A DNA stretch of 64,000 nucleotides from positions 39,320 to 103,319 of the IMG/VR virus record IMGVR_UViG_3300044815_000115; one strand, written 5' to 3'. Shown piece by piece: positions 1-9,285 of the stretch; the stretch's first letter is position 1, and each line of letters begins with the position of its first letter. Origin of the DNA: a virus. The notes beneath the pieces were generated by a model. That model had not been told where the DNA came from. It was given only the letters and a program-made list of their open reading frames with translations, and made no database searches. The position numbers and the translations under genes were made by a program.

Positions 1-1
1 G

Positions 2-295
2 TTGACCACCCGTGACCGGTACGGCCTGGCCACCCCGGATGTGGATGCGATTGCGGACGGCTTCGACCTGGACGACGTCCTGTTCCGGATGCTCGCGCCG
101 CATGAGATTGCGCGGGCGATGGCGTTCGCGCCGACCTACCTGACGTCGGCAAAGGACAAGCGTACCCAAGTGCGTCTATATGGGAATGCTGTTACGGCGC
201 CGGTGGCCGAGGTCATCATGTCGGCACTGGTCGAGTGCATCACCGGTGTGGAGCTTGAGCGCACCGTCTCCCAACCTGAGCTGGTGGCAGCATGA
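2..295 (+). CDS. DNA (cytosine-5) methyltransferase, C-terminal end (partial)
   Basis: FRMLAPHEIARAMAF...QVRLYGNAVTAPVAE = C5-MTase motifs IX/X. Confidence 0.85.
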   Translation: MTTRDRYGLATPDVDAIADGFDLDDVLFRMLAPHEIARAMAFAPTYLTSAKDKRTQVRLYGNAVTAPVAEVIMSALVECITGVELERTVSQPELVAA

Positions 296-474
296 CCGCC
301 GGAACGTCTGACCGCGGCTGGTGGCTCCGTCTGAGGGCGCGTACCGCCGACGTCCCGCCGTGGCCTGCCGGTGAGCTCGGCCTGTGGAAGTCGCGGGCCC
401 AGTTGGAGCGGGAGCGGGCCGAGAAGAACCGCCGGGCGAACCGGTGCTGGCTGCGGCCGGGGCGTGTGTCGTGA
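292..474 (+). CDS. hypothetical protein
   Basis: ATGA coupling to MTase, GTGA to next gene. Confidence 0.5.
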   Translation: MTAGTSDRGWWLRLRARTADVPPWPAGELGLWKSRAQLERERAEKNRRANRCWLRPGRVS

Positions 475-749
475 GCGTCGGTGCGGTGTTGCTGACCGCG
501 CTGGGCATGGTCCTGGTCGGTGCTGCGACGGGCTGGGTGGCGTGGACGCTGCTGAGTCACGACGCGTACACGCAGGGCGTGCTGGACGAACGGGCGCGCC
601 TGGCGGAGTTGACGCATGGCGGCTGGTATCCGGTCGTGTCGGAGGGCTGGAACCAGCCGGAACAGTCCGGTCGGCATCGCTCACCGGACCGCAAGGCGCC
701 CAGGCCGGTCGAGCCGCAGCCGCCGACACCCGTCCTCCACCTTTCCTGA
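471..749 (+). CDS. hypothetical membrane protein
   Basis: GTGA-coupled; N-terminal hydrophobic segment. Confidence 0.6.
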   Translation: MSVGAVLLTALGMVLVGAATGWVAWTLLSHDAYTQGVLDERARLAELTHGGWYPVVSEGWNQPEQSGRHRSPDRKAPRPVEPQPPTPVLHLS

Positions 750-801
750 CCGTTTTTCTCACCCGTCCCTTTGTCGTTTCAGCTCTACCGGAGGCACCCA
801 T

Positions 802-1098
802 ATGTCCGCTGTCGATACGAACACCAGGATTCTGCGGCCGAGCGCGGAGACACGTCAGGCGATTGCCGAGGGCCGCATCCCGGACTGGCAGGCACCTTTG
901 ATCACCCACCGGACCCATGAGGGCAAGCACCGGCTGAACGAGGATTTGACGACCAGGAAGATCCCGGCCGGGCGGATCGCGGCGTTGCGGGAGCGGGTGC
1001 AGTCGGTGCCGGTCGTGTCGGCGCCGGTCCACGTCCACGCGTCGTCGAGCCCGTCGAAGCTGGCGATGCTGTGGTCGAACCTTCGGGGGCGGCGATGA
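802..1098 (+). CDS. hypothetical protein
   Basis: GGAGG SD, ATG, coupled to next. Confidence 0.65.
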   Translation: MSAVDTNTRILRPSAETRQAIAEGRIPDWQAPLITHRTHEGKHRLNEDLTTRKIPAGRIAALRERVQSVPVVSAPVHVHASSSPSKLAMLWSNLRGRR

Positions 1099-1337
1099 CC
1101 GTCGAGCAGTTGGAAACGGTCGAGCACGTCTTCTGGATTGTCTTCGCGGTCGGTGTCGGCATGGTCGTGGTGGGGGCAGCCCGTCTGGTCCTGCCCCGCC
1201 TCGTGGCCGCGTTGCGGGTTGTCTCCGAGGCCAGGCGGGACACGACGCCCGGCGTCTGGCGGGTCAACCCGGACACGTGGGATCTAGCGGAGTCCGTCGA
1301 CCCGGTCCGTGAAATCGGGCGGCCGGTCGATGAGTGA
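1095..1337 (+). CDS. hypothetical membrane protein
   Basis: ATGA coupling; TM segment VFWIVFAVGVGMVVVG. Confidence 0.6.
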   Translation: MTVEQLETVEHVFWIVFAVGVGMVVVGAARLVLPRLVAALRVVSEARRDTTPGVWRVNPDTWDLAESVDPVREIGRPVDE

Positions 1338-1536
1338 GCGCCGTAACGACTCGCAGCATTTTCCGGCGCTGAACGGGGGCGGTCATCGCCGCCGGAAGGT
1401 CGTCAACCTGCCCGCTGAGACCAGGTTCGCGCTGGATCCTTACGAAACCCGGGCTTTGGAGATCATCGGCGAGTTGGACCGGTGGCTGGCCGCCGAGCAG
1501 GCGCGCGGCAAGCGGCCCGGTGATTCCGGTGAGTAA
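1330..1536 (+). CDS. hypothetical protein
   Basis: overlapping chain of small ORFs. Confidence 0.5.
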   Translation: MSERRNDSQHFPALNGGGHRRRKVVNLPAETRFALDPYETRALEIIGELDRWLAAEQARGKRPGDSGE

Positions 1537-1792
1537 CGCCGAGGTTGACGCCGCCAGCGTGGTGCTGCAAACCCTTCACGCGAAGTTCGTCGCGGCCACG
1601 GACGCCCGGATCCGGGACACGCTGACGCCGATGCTGAGGGAGTCGTCGCAGACCGCCCACGAGTTGGGTGGCGCGCCGGAGGTCCGCGAGGAACGGTCGT
1701 GGCACATCGGCCGGGCGCAAGGCCTGCTGGATGCGCTGCACGCGCTGGCGCCGGTGTTCGGCGGGGAGACGCCGGATCGGGGTGCGTCGTGA
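1529..1792 (+). CDS. hypothetical protein
   Basis: overlapping chain, GC3-biased codons. Confidence 0.55.
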   Translation: MSNAEVDAASVVLQTLHAKFVAATDARIRDTLTPMLRESSQTAHELGGAPEVREERSWHIGRAQGLLDALHALAPVFGGETPDRGAS

Positions 1793-1941
1793 CCTGGCGG
1801 GATTCGTGGTTCGGCGTCTTCACGTCCCTCGGCCTCTTCCGGGGCTGGCATGCCCGGGCTGTGGTGCTGGCTGCTGTCGAGGCCGCGGTGGCCGAACAGG
1901 TTCAGGTCCTCGTGCCGGCGCAGCGGGTGGGTGAGCGGTGA
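1789..1941 (+). CDS. hypothetical protein
   Basis: GTGA-coupled at both ends. Confidence 0.5.
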   Translation: MTWRDSWFGVFTSLGLFRGWHARAVVLAAVEAAVAEQVQVLVPAQRVGER

Positions 1942-2867
1942 GCGCCGAACCGATCGCCGAGGTTGTCGCCGACATCCGGGCTGGACGCGTTGACCACCCC
2001 GCCGGGTTCGACGCCACCGGCCGCAGGATCAGCAAGGTCTACCTGGAGCGCGCCCAACTTCCGCAGCCGGTCGTGGACTGCACTGCCATCTACGACTCCT
2101 ACATCAGCACCGACAAGGGTGTGTCGCTGTACGACGACCATCCGTCGATCGTGCCGCCGTGGACGGATTCGCTGCTGTGCTGGGTCAACCAGTACGGCAA
2201 CGTCACCGCCTTGCAGACGCACCGTTCCGACTGGGACGGCTCGACGCCCAGCCAGGAGGACTGGTACACGCAGAACGAGGTGGACTGGCCCCGGGTCCGC
2301 TGGATCGCTGAGACGGCGATCTGGATCGGTGGGAGGTCCGGCGACGGCCGGTACATGCCCACGTCAGGCCCGTGTCATCTCCTGCGCCACGCGATCCACG
2401 ACGACGGCTCAGTGGCGGACATCAACTGGGTGGCGCTGATGCACAAGCGCAGCCTGCAGGGTGAGAGGTACGACCTCGGGGATCCGCACACGGGAGTGTG
2501 GGATACGGCGACGGTGATGGTGGGCGCGGTCCTCAACTTCTTGGGCGCCTCGAATGTGGAGGTGGCGGAGCCGCAGCGTGCCCGCCCGATCCGGCGCCGT
2601 CTGGCTCGGACGGGTGTGGCGGTGCAGACGATCGTGGTCCGGCCGCCGGGGAAGCGTCGCGCGGCGTCGTCGGTGCCGCGTCCGATCGAGGCCGGCGAGC
2701 AGGTGTTCAGTCCGGTGCGCGGGCACTTCAGCCGCTACGGACCCGAATTCAACCGGGGCCTTCTGTTCGGCAAGTTCGCCGGAAAGTTCTGGGTCTCGGC
2801 ACATGTCCGCGGCCAGGACGAAGGCGAACCGAGGGACTACGTACTGAGGCCGGCGGGCGCCGCATGA
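1938..2867 (+). CDS. phage hypothetical protein with C-terminal VRGHF...W..AHVRG motif
   Basis: 309-aa coupled ORF; basic C-terminal motif. Confidence 0.75.
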   Translation: MSAEPIAEVVADIRAGRVDHPAGFDATGRRISKVYLERAQLPQPVVDCTAIYDSYISTDKGVSLYDDHPSIVPPWTDSLLCWVNQYGNVTALQTHRSDWDGSTPSQEDWYTQNEVDWPRVRWIAETAIWIGGRSGDGRYMPTSGPCHLLRHAIHDDGSVADINWVALMHKRSLQGERYDLGDPHTGVWDTATVMVGAVLNFLGASNVEVAEPQRARPIRRRLARTGVAVQTIVVRPPGKRRAASSVPRPIEAGEQVFSPVRGHFSRYGPEFNRGLLFGKFAGKFWVSAHVRGQDEGEPRDYVLRPAGAA

Positions 2868-3118
2868 GCCTCGACGATCACCGCTGCGAAACCGTCGTCG
2901 ACTCCGACGGGACGGTCCTCGGGCATGCCCGCGTCTCCCCTGACCTGTCGGATGAGGGCAGGGGGCATCTGGTCGAGGTGATGAAGGCCGCGATCCGGTT
3001 GATGGCCGAGGAGGACGCAGCCGATCCGGAGGGTGCTGCGGAGCGCGGTCGTCGGCAGCAGGCGGCGATTGCGCGGGTTCGGGAACGGGCCCGGCGGTTG
3101 CAGGGTGAAGCCGGGTGA
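2864..3118 (+). CDS. hypothetical protein
   Basis: ATGA-coupled; helical. Confidence 0.6.
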   Translation: MSLDDHRCETVVDSDGTVLGHARVSPDLSDEGRGHLVEVMKAAIRLMAEEDAADPEGAAERGRRQQAAIARVRERARRLQGEAG

Positions 3119-3123
3119 AGACC

Positions 3124-3384
3124 TCAGTCCTCGGAGCGTGGCTTTTTCCTCGACGGCTTACCCGGACGACCACCCGGGATGCCCGCCTCACGAGCCAGCG
3201 TGCGGATGTGGGTGCTGGTGAACGGCACTCTTCCGTAGACCTCGCCGGGCTGGGCTCCTGCCCGAAGTGCTTCCAGGGCGCGTGCGATCACAGCCTCGTG
3301 CGCGCGATTTCTCGCGGCGTCGGCTTCCTTGTAGCGCTCGCTGGCTTCGGTGAGCTCCTTCAGCGCGTCGGTCGGGGTGGTCAT
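3124..3384 (-). CDS. small HTH DNA-binding protein (antisense, likely leaderless)
   Basis: coiled N-term + ALRAGAQPGEVYGRVPFTSTHIRTLAREAGI HTH; -10 TAAGGT 6 nt upstream of ATG. Confidence 0.75.
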   Translation of the reverse strand: MTTPTDALKELTEASERYKEADAARNRAHEAVIARALEALRAGAQPGEVYGRVPFTSTHIRTLAREAGIPGGRPGKPSRKKPRSED

Positions 3385-3483
3385 GCCGACACCTTAGCGG
3401 AAGTGGCTTGCGTAAGTCACTGCCGGAGCCGTAAGCTGCTTACGTAAGGCAAATCCGTAAGATCATTTCGGAAGGAATCTCTG
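3385..3483. promoter_or_regulatory. divergent promoter with 13-bp-period CG(T/G)AAG operator repeats
   Basis: CG(T/G)AAG at 3398, 3411, 3430, 3443, 3456, 3469; rightward TTGCGT-N18-TAAGCT. Confidence 0.7.
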
Positions 3484-4346
3484 TTGACTCAGCCCGATCT
3501 CGCTCTGACGGAGTCCCGCACCCTGCGTGCGCAGCACATGACCCGTACCGAGGTGCTCGACAAGGTGGGCTCGCTGAGCCTGCTCGCGGACGACATTCAC
3601 GCGACGACTGACCTGGTCGCCAGCTACTTCGAGGTTGACGCCGAGACCATCAAGAAGCTCGTCCAGCGCAACCGGACGGCATGCGGGTCGTCAAGGGCGA
3701 CGAACTCCGGGCCATGGTGAGGGACAATCCGTCCCTCACCTACGCCAGTTCACTGGCCCTCTTTACCCGACGCGCGATCCTCAACGTCGGCCAACTGCTG
3801 ACCAGTTCCTCGATCGCCGTTGACGTTCGCCGCTATCTCCTCAACGTCGAACACTCCGCGCCATCCGAGGCCCGCGCGGCGGCCGTTCAGGCCGTTGCCG
3901 AAGCGCCAAACCCGGTCATCGAGCGGGCCAATGTTGCGCAGGCTCACCTGGCAGTGATCGAGGCAGCCAAGTCAACTGGCGTGCTCGACGCCGAGTGGCT
4001 CGCCAGCAAGGCGTATGTCGCGGTCGCTCGAGGTTTGAGCGAAGAGCCCGAGGTGCCGATCGAGTTGCACCCGCTCTATGTGCCGGACTACCTAGCGGAA
4101 AAGGGCCTGACGAGGAAGGAGATCACCTCGGAGCAGTCCTGGTTCAGCAAGCGCGTCAAGGCGCTGGCCGAGGCAGATGGCGTCGAGGTTCCTCGCCCCC
4201 GATACGCAGACCTCGTCAACGGCCAGATCCGTAAGACGATCGCTTGGAAGCAGAAGCACCTGCCCTACTTCGAACAGGTCTGGAACACGCATTGCGCTGA
4301 GAAATACGCCCGCCCAATGTTCCTTGAGCTTGGCGGTGCGGCATGA
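3484..4346 (+). pseudogene. antirepressor-like DNA-binding protein split by frameshift (3484-3720 + 3681-4346)
   Basis: ESRTLR..VLDKV..LL.DD.HATT..VA.YFEV continues in another frame as MRVVKG..LALFTRRAILNVGQLL..S..A..VR.YLL; I recall this as one domain in homologues. Confidence 0.6.
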
Positions 4347-4672
4347 CCACCAACGCTGCCGTCTACATCACCGCCGACGAAGCCCTCGCCGCGATCCGCG
4401 ACGCCGCCTGGATCCAGTACGACTACGACAAGGCCACCTGCGGGCATCCCGGCTGTACCGAACACCCCGACGAGAGTCGTCGTCGAATCCACACCCAAAG
4501 TTCGCACGGCTTCGGCGCCGACTGGGACCTCGATAAGGCTGAGGCGTTCGTCCGTACCGCCCAGCGGTGCGCGTGGGTAAACGGCCTCGTCCGTCACGCA
4601 CTAGGCGTCATCGGTGCTGACGGCCGCGCGATCTACTTCGACGCCAAGCGGCCCACGGACGGTGCGGCATGA
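4343..4672 (+). CDS. hypothetical protein
   Basis: ATGA-coupled. Confidence 0.65.
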   Translation: MTTNAAVYITADEALAAIRDAAWIQYDYDKATCGHPGCTEHPDESRRRIHTQSSHGFGADWDLDKAEAFVRTAQRCAWVNGLVRHALGVIGADGRAIYFDAKRPTDGAA

Positions 4673-4944
4673 GCGCCCCCGTCTACTTCAACCTGGCCGC
4701 CGCCGAGGCTGCGGAGGACCGGGAGGAGAACGGCGTAGACCTGCTCCCCGGCGACCGCAAGCTGATTGACGCCCTGGACGGCTGGCGCCAGCAGGAGTGG
4801 GACGCCTACTGGCAGCCGATCTGGGAGGCCGAGGACAAGGCGCGGCTGGCCGAGTGGCTGGCCGACAAGTGCCCGGCGTGTGAGGACGGCGGCACCGGCC
4901 CGGTCTGCGACGAGTGCGCCGACGACGAAGAGGCAGCGGCATGA
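4669..4944 (+). CDS. hypothetical acidic protein with CxxC..CxxC
   Basis: ATGA-coupled. Confidence 0.65.
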   Translation: MSAPVYFNLAAAEAAEDREENGVDLLPGDRKLIDALDGWRQQEWDAYWQPIWEAEDKARLAEWLADKCPACEDGGTGPVCDECADDEEAAA

Positions 4945-5153
4945 CCGACTACGACGCCATGCACGCCGGCCGTTCCTGGTCCGGCACTCCCCTCGAAGAT
5001 GCCTGCCCGTGCCCGAAGAAACCGTGCGGGCTGGTCGCGTACAACGAGGCCGACCCCGACTGTGTGCAGCACGGCCGTAACCACCCGGCGAAGACGATGC
5101 GCCAGGGCCACACACCGGATCGGTGTAAGCCGCGCATGGATGCTGCCTCATGA
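4941..5153 (+). CDS. hypothetical Cys/His-rich protein
   Basis: ATGA-coupled. Confidence 0.6.
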   Translation: MTDYDAMHAGRSWSGTPLEDACPCPKKPCGLVAYNEADPDCVQHGRNHPAKTMRQGHTPDRCKPRMDAAS

Positions 5154-5347
5154 CCGCCCCGCTGGACCGCCGAGAAATCGAGGTCGAGACGCTGCGTCGT
5201 GTCGCCGCCCACGTACACGACATGGCCGAACGTGGCGGATCTCCCGCCGTAGCTGAGGCGTTGCACGCGGTTTCCCGTGCGGTACGCCGGTGGGCCGACA
5301 ACGCCGTCGACGGCACGGACTCCGCCTTCCTGGGTGGTGACTCGTGA
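5150..5347 (+). CDS. hypothetical protein
   Basis: ATGA-coupled. Confidence 0.55.
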   Translation: MTAPLDRREIEVETLRRVAAHVHDMAERGGSPAVAEALHAVSRAVRRWADNAVDGTDSAFLGGDS

Positions 5348-5511
5348 CCACCCCGACCGTCCACACGATCCAACTCGACCAGTTCCGTCCCGGCCGTTGG
5401 CGGTCCTCCTGCTCGTGCGGCAAGTACAAGTCGTCCGGCTACAGCTACAAGGGCAGCGCTGAGGGCGCCTGGGAGTCACACGTCCGGTCCAAGACCCGGG
5501 GCACCACATGA
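5344..5511 (+). CDS. hypothetical 55-aa protein (CxCG...W..H), not in ORF track
   Basis: GTGA and ATGA overlaps at both ends. Confidence 0.55.
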   Translation: MTTPTVHTIQLDQFRPGRWRSSCSCGKYKSSGYSYKGSAEGAWESHVRSKTRGTT

Positions 5512-5723
5512 CCGCGGCCACGACCACCGCCTCGGACACGCTGGCCCGCCTCGACGACGGCAGTCTCCTGCCCGGCGACCGCGCCGTCATTGAGGTGTTC
5601 GAACGCCACCTCCAGTGGGGGGCGCAGCGTTTCTGCCTCGTCTGCGGCGAGCCGGGCGGACCCGAATGCGACAGCTGCCACTCAGCCCATGACCGCACCA
5701 TCACCCGCCTCACAGACATCTGA
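5508..5723 (+). CDS. hypothetical Zn-finger protein
   Basis: CLVC...CDSC; coupled. Confidence 0.55.
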   Translation: MTAATTTASDTLARLDDGSLLPGDRAVIEVFERHLQWGAQRFCLVCGEPGGPECDSCHSAHDRTITRLTDI

Positions 5724-5732
5724 GGAGTCACC

Positions 5733-6794
5733 ATGACACTGCGCACCCGTAAGCCCAGCGGCAAAATGGCCCCACCCGTGATCCTCCTCGAAGGAGGCGA
5801 GGGCGCCGGCAAGAGCTGGGCGGCAGCTGCCCTGTCCGCTTCGGACAAGGTCGGGCGTACCTTCTGGCTGCAGGTCGGCACCGAAGTGACCGCCGACGAA
5901 TACGGCGCCATCCCCGGTGTCCGCTACGAGATCGTCGAGCACGACGGGTCCTGGCGGCAGATCTTCGGTGCGGTCACCGACGCCAAGGTCGAGGCCGAGC
6001 AGGAACGCAAGCGCGGAGCCAAGCCGGCCGTCCTGGTCATCGACACCGTCGGTGCCCTTTGGGAGATGCTCTCCGACTGGGCATACAACCGCGCCAAGGG
6101 GTCCAAGAAGAACCAGGCCAAGCTGGCCGAGGATCCGAACGCCGAAATCGACGTCACCACCAACTTCTGGAACGACGCGACCGGCCGCTGGCGCAAGCTC
6201 ATGACCACGGCACTCACCTTCCCCGGCATCGTCGTTCTGCTGTCCCGGGGACGGGAGACGGTTCTCATGCAGAACGGCCAGCCCGTCATGGGCAAGACGG
6301 ACTACAAGGTCGAGGGTCAGAAAGGCCTCACCTTCGACGTCCCGGTGTGGTTGCGGATGACGCGGGACATGGGCCCGCACACCTGCCGGATCATGAAGCT
6401 CCGCTCGGTGCACAACGCGATCGATCCCCCGGTGCCCGGCACAGCTCAGCCCCGCAACCCGGGCAAGGTGCTGCCGGACTTCACCCTCGAGCGGCTGATC
6501 TTCGAGTACATCAAGTTCACCCCGGAGGGCTCCGAGGAGCGGGTGCTGGTGCCGATGAAGCCCGGCTCGGACGCCCCCCTGTCGGAGGCTGCCTCGATCC
6601 TCGAGTTGGCGGTGACGTCGGCCGAGGACGTCGAGAAGCAGTTGCGGGCCGCGTACGGCCGGATCAAGCCCGCATTGGACAACAACGACATCAGCGTCCT
6701 CGAGGCGGACTACCTGAATTCGCTGGTGGCACGCCGCAAGGAAGCGATGTCCGCCAAGCCCGCCAAGGCTGAGCCTGTCGAGGCGGCTGCCTGA
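5733..6794 (+). CDS. AAA-family ATPase, Sak4-like single-strand annealing protein
   Basis: Walker A GGEGAGKS, Walker B VLVIDT; GAGGAG SD; recombination-module position. Confidence 0.8.
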   Translation: MTLRTRKPSGKMAPPVILLEGGEGAGKSWAAAALSASDKVGRTFWLQVGTEVTADEYGAIPGVRYEIVEHDGSWRQIFGAVTDAKVEAEQERKRGAKPAVLVIDTVGALWEMLSDWAYNRAKGSKKNQAKLAEDPNAEIDVTTNFWNDATGRWRKLMTTALTFPGIVVLLSRGRETVLMQNGQPVMGKTDYKVEGQKGLTFDVPVWLRMTRDMGPHTCRIMKLRSVHNAIDPPVPGTAQPRNPGKVLPDFTLERLIFEYIKFTPEGSEERVLVPMKPGSDAPLSEAASILELAVTSAEDVEKQLRAAYGRIKPALDNNDISVLEADYLNSLVARRKEAMSAKPAKAEPVEAAA

Positions 6795-7273
6795 TGGGCG
6801 ACATGAAGGCCGGCGGCCGTACCGCGATGGCGGCGAAGCTGATCGCCGACGTGGTGACCGCCGAGCACAAGCCCGCCAAGGCGGGCCTGCTCGCGGACAT
6901 GCTCGATGGTGGTGTGGAGCGGGTCGGGGTCACCGACGATGACGGGGCGAAGCTGGGCGCGGTCTCGTTGACTGTGCGCGGTCCGGCGCCCCAGGTGGTC
7001 GACGACCGGGCGTTCCTCGCGTGGGTGTTGAAGCGCTACCCAGACGAGATCGTTCAGGCGGTCCGCGCGTCGTTCACGGAGAAGCTACTGGCCGGCGCGA
7101 AAGCGGTCGGTGAGCCGATCGACCCGGCGACCGGTGAGCTGATCGACGGCGTGGACATGGTGGCGGGTGAGCCGTATCTGACGGTGCGCCCGACCGCTGA
7201 GGCGAAGGAGCGGATGCGGGAGACGATCCTCGCGTCCGGCCTGCTTCAGCTCACCTCGGGTGACGCGGCATGA
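6794..7273 (+). CDS. hypothetical protein of recombination module
   Basis: TGATG coupling; IDPATGELIDGV motif typical of recombination-associated phage proteins. Confidence 0.7.
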   Translation: MGDMKAGGRTAMAAKLIADVVTAEHKPAKAGLLADMLDGGVERVGVTDDDGAKLGAVSLTVRGPAPQVVDDRAFLAWVLKRYPDEIVQAVRASFTEKLLAGAKAVGEPIDPATGELIDGVDMVAGEPYLTVRPTAEAKERMRETILASGLLQLTSGDAA

Positions 7274-7656
7274 CTGACGTCGAAGTCACCTCGGTAGCCC
7301 AGCCCACCGAGGCTCAGACCCCGGTTACGGCCGAGGATGCCATCGACTTCTGCATCAGGCAGTTGCGCCGGGCGCCGGACATCATCAAGGAACGTTTCAA
7401 GGCGTACAACGCGTTGAAACACGCCCTAGACATCAAGATGGCGCAGGTCGCCGACGCGACCGAGGGCACTGAACTGGCGAAGAAGCGTGCGGCGACCATC
7501 GCCTGCATCAGCGAGCGGCAGGCGATGGACAGCGCGCACGAGGCGTACAAGTACGCGCAGGCGCGCGCCCGTGCACTGGAAAAGGAACTGTCGGGGCTGC
7601 AGTCGGTCAACAAGTCGGTCACGAACTCGTACAACACGAGCGGGTGGCGGTCGTGA
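7270..7656 (+). CDS. coiled-coil hypothetical protein
   Basis: ATGA-coupled, all-helical. Confidence 0.7.
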   Translation: MTDVEVTSVAQPTEAQTPVTAEDAIDFCIRQLRRAPDIIKERFKAYNALKHALDIKMAQVADATEGTELAKKRAATIACISERQAMDSAHEAYKYAQARARALEKELSGLQSVNKSVTNSYNTSGWRS

Positions 7657-8195
7657 AGCGCGGCGGCGAGCTCAAGCGCGCCAAGCCGCTCGAACGGAAG
7701 TCGGCGCTTACCGCATCGCCGCTCGCACGCTCGTCGCTGCACGCCAATCAGGCGAACCAGCGTCACCAGCCGAAAGCGCAGCGCCGCAACACGGGCCCGT
7801 CCGGCAAGGTCGTCGCCCAGATCGCCCAGCGTGACGAGTGGTCCTGTTTCCGCTGCGGCGGTTCGTGTCACGGTCGGCGCGGCGTCGACTGGTCTGTTCA
7901 GCATCGCCGGGCCCGGGGGATGGGCGGGACGAGACGGCCGGACGCGAACGAGCCGCAGAACCTGATCCTGCTCTGCGGGTCCGCGACGTCGCCTGGCGGC
8001 TGTCACCTGCGCGTCGAGCAACGCCACGCCTCCGACGCTTCCGCCGGGTGGGGGATCAAGCAGTCCGAGAACCCGCTGCAGGTGCCTGTTCTGCACTGGC
8101 AGTACGGCCTGGTCTTCCTCTGGGCTGACGGCGGCTTCGGCTCCCGGCCCGCAACGACTTCCAATCCGACCGCCGAGGAGGCGACCTTTTCATGA
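7653..8195 (+). CDS. HNH endonuclease
   Basis: RDEWSCFRCG..QHRRARGMGG..NLILLCG..GCH. Confidence 0.85.
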   Translation: MKRGGELKRAKPLERKSALTASPLARSSLHANQANQRHQPKAQRRNTGPSGKVVAQIAQRDEWSCFRCGGSCHGRRGVDWSVQHRRARGMGGTRRPDANEPQNLILLCGSATSPGGCHLRVEQRHASDASAGWGIKQSENPLQVPVLHWQYGLVFLWADGGFGSRPATTSNPTAEEATFS

Positions 8196-8830
8196 TCCTT
8201 GTCCCTACCGGTGAACTCACCGGCGTCCTCGGCGACGTCATCCCGTTCGCCTGCCCCGACGACGACCTGCCCACCCTCAACTGTGTCCGCATCGAATGGG
8301 ACGGCGCAATGCTGCACACGCTGGCCACCGACAGGTTTCGGATCGCCTGGTCGATGTGGCACCCCGACGACCAGCCCGACCTCGACTCGCAGGACGACCT
8401 GTTCACCACGTGGGGCGGAGCCGACGACCCATGGCAGGCCACGATCTGCCTGGACGACGCCAAGGAACTCGTGAAGGTGTTCAAGCTGCCCAGCAAGGAG
8501 CAGCGGGTTCCGCTGGCACTCGACCTCGACCGGCAGCAGGTCACCGTCCGCCGCGACCGGGACACCGGCTACACGGCGCTGCGCCTGGACATCCCGGACC
8601 AGCAGGCGGAGTTCCCCGACGTGCGGACGCTGCTGTCGGACAGCGACCGGATCGAACCGGTCACTGGTCTGATGTTCAACGCCAAGTACCTCGCCGACTT
8701 CAGCAAGGTCCGCCCGCGGTCGCCGCTGCAGATGTCGTTCACCGGGTCGACAGGGATCGCGCACGTGTCGATCGGTAAGCGGTTCACCGGAGCGATCATG
8801 CCGGTGCGCGAGGGCGAGACAGCGTCATGA
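8192..8830 (+). CDS. DNA polymerase III beta-clamp-like protein (short)
   Basis: LNCVRIE..LATDRFRIA..EFPDVRTLL..FNAKYLADF..GAIMPVR. Confidence 0.75.
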   Translation: MILVPTGELTGVLGDVIPFACPDDDLPTLNCVRIEWDGAMLHTLATDRFRIAWSMWHPDDQPDLDSQDDLFTTWGGADDPWQATICLDDAKELVKVFKLPSKEQRVPLALDLDRQQVTVRRDRDTGYTALRLDIPDQQAEFPDVRTLLSDSDRIEPVTGLMFNAKYLADFSKVRPRSPLQMSFTGSTGIAHVSIGKRFTGAIMPVREGETAS

Positions 8831-9285
8831 TCCGCGCAATCACGATCCGGCAACCCTTCGCGAGCAGTATTTCCGTCGGCGCGAAGACGGTCGAGAACCG
8901 CGGGCGGCGCGTCTCCTGGCGCGGCGAGCTCGCCATCCACGCCGGTCTGACAGTTGACGCCTGGGCGTACGGGGACGAGCGGGTACAGGAGGCGCTCGGC
9001 GAGACCCTGCCCGCCCTTGCCCTGCCCACCGGAGCGGTGATCGCTGTCGCCGAACTGGTCGACTGCCATCCGGCGGAACAGCCGGCGGGCAGACTCGACC
9101 CGACGTGCTGCCAGCCGTGGGGCGAGAAGCGCCACGGCGGCGGTCCCGCCTTCCACCTCATCCTCGCGAACATCTGGGCGTTGGACGTCCCGGTGCCGTG
9201 CCGTGGCTCGCTGCCGATCGGCTGGACGGTGCCGGCTGAGGTCGAGGAGCAGGTTCGGGCGCAGCTCGCTGGGGTGACCCGATGA
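8827..9285 (+). CDS. ASCH domain protein
   Basis: AITIRQPFA..GAKTVENR..RGELAIHAG. Confidence 0.85.
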   Translation: MIRAITIRQPFASSISVGAKTVENRGRRVSWRGELAIHAGLTVDAWAYGDERVQEALGETLPALALPTGAVIAVAELVDCHPAEQPAGRLDPTCCQPWGEKRHGGGPAFHLILANIWALDVPVPCRGSLPIGWTVPAEVEEQVRAQLAGVTR

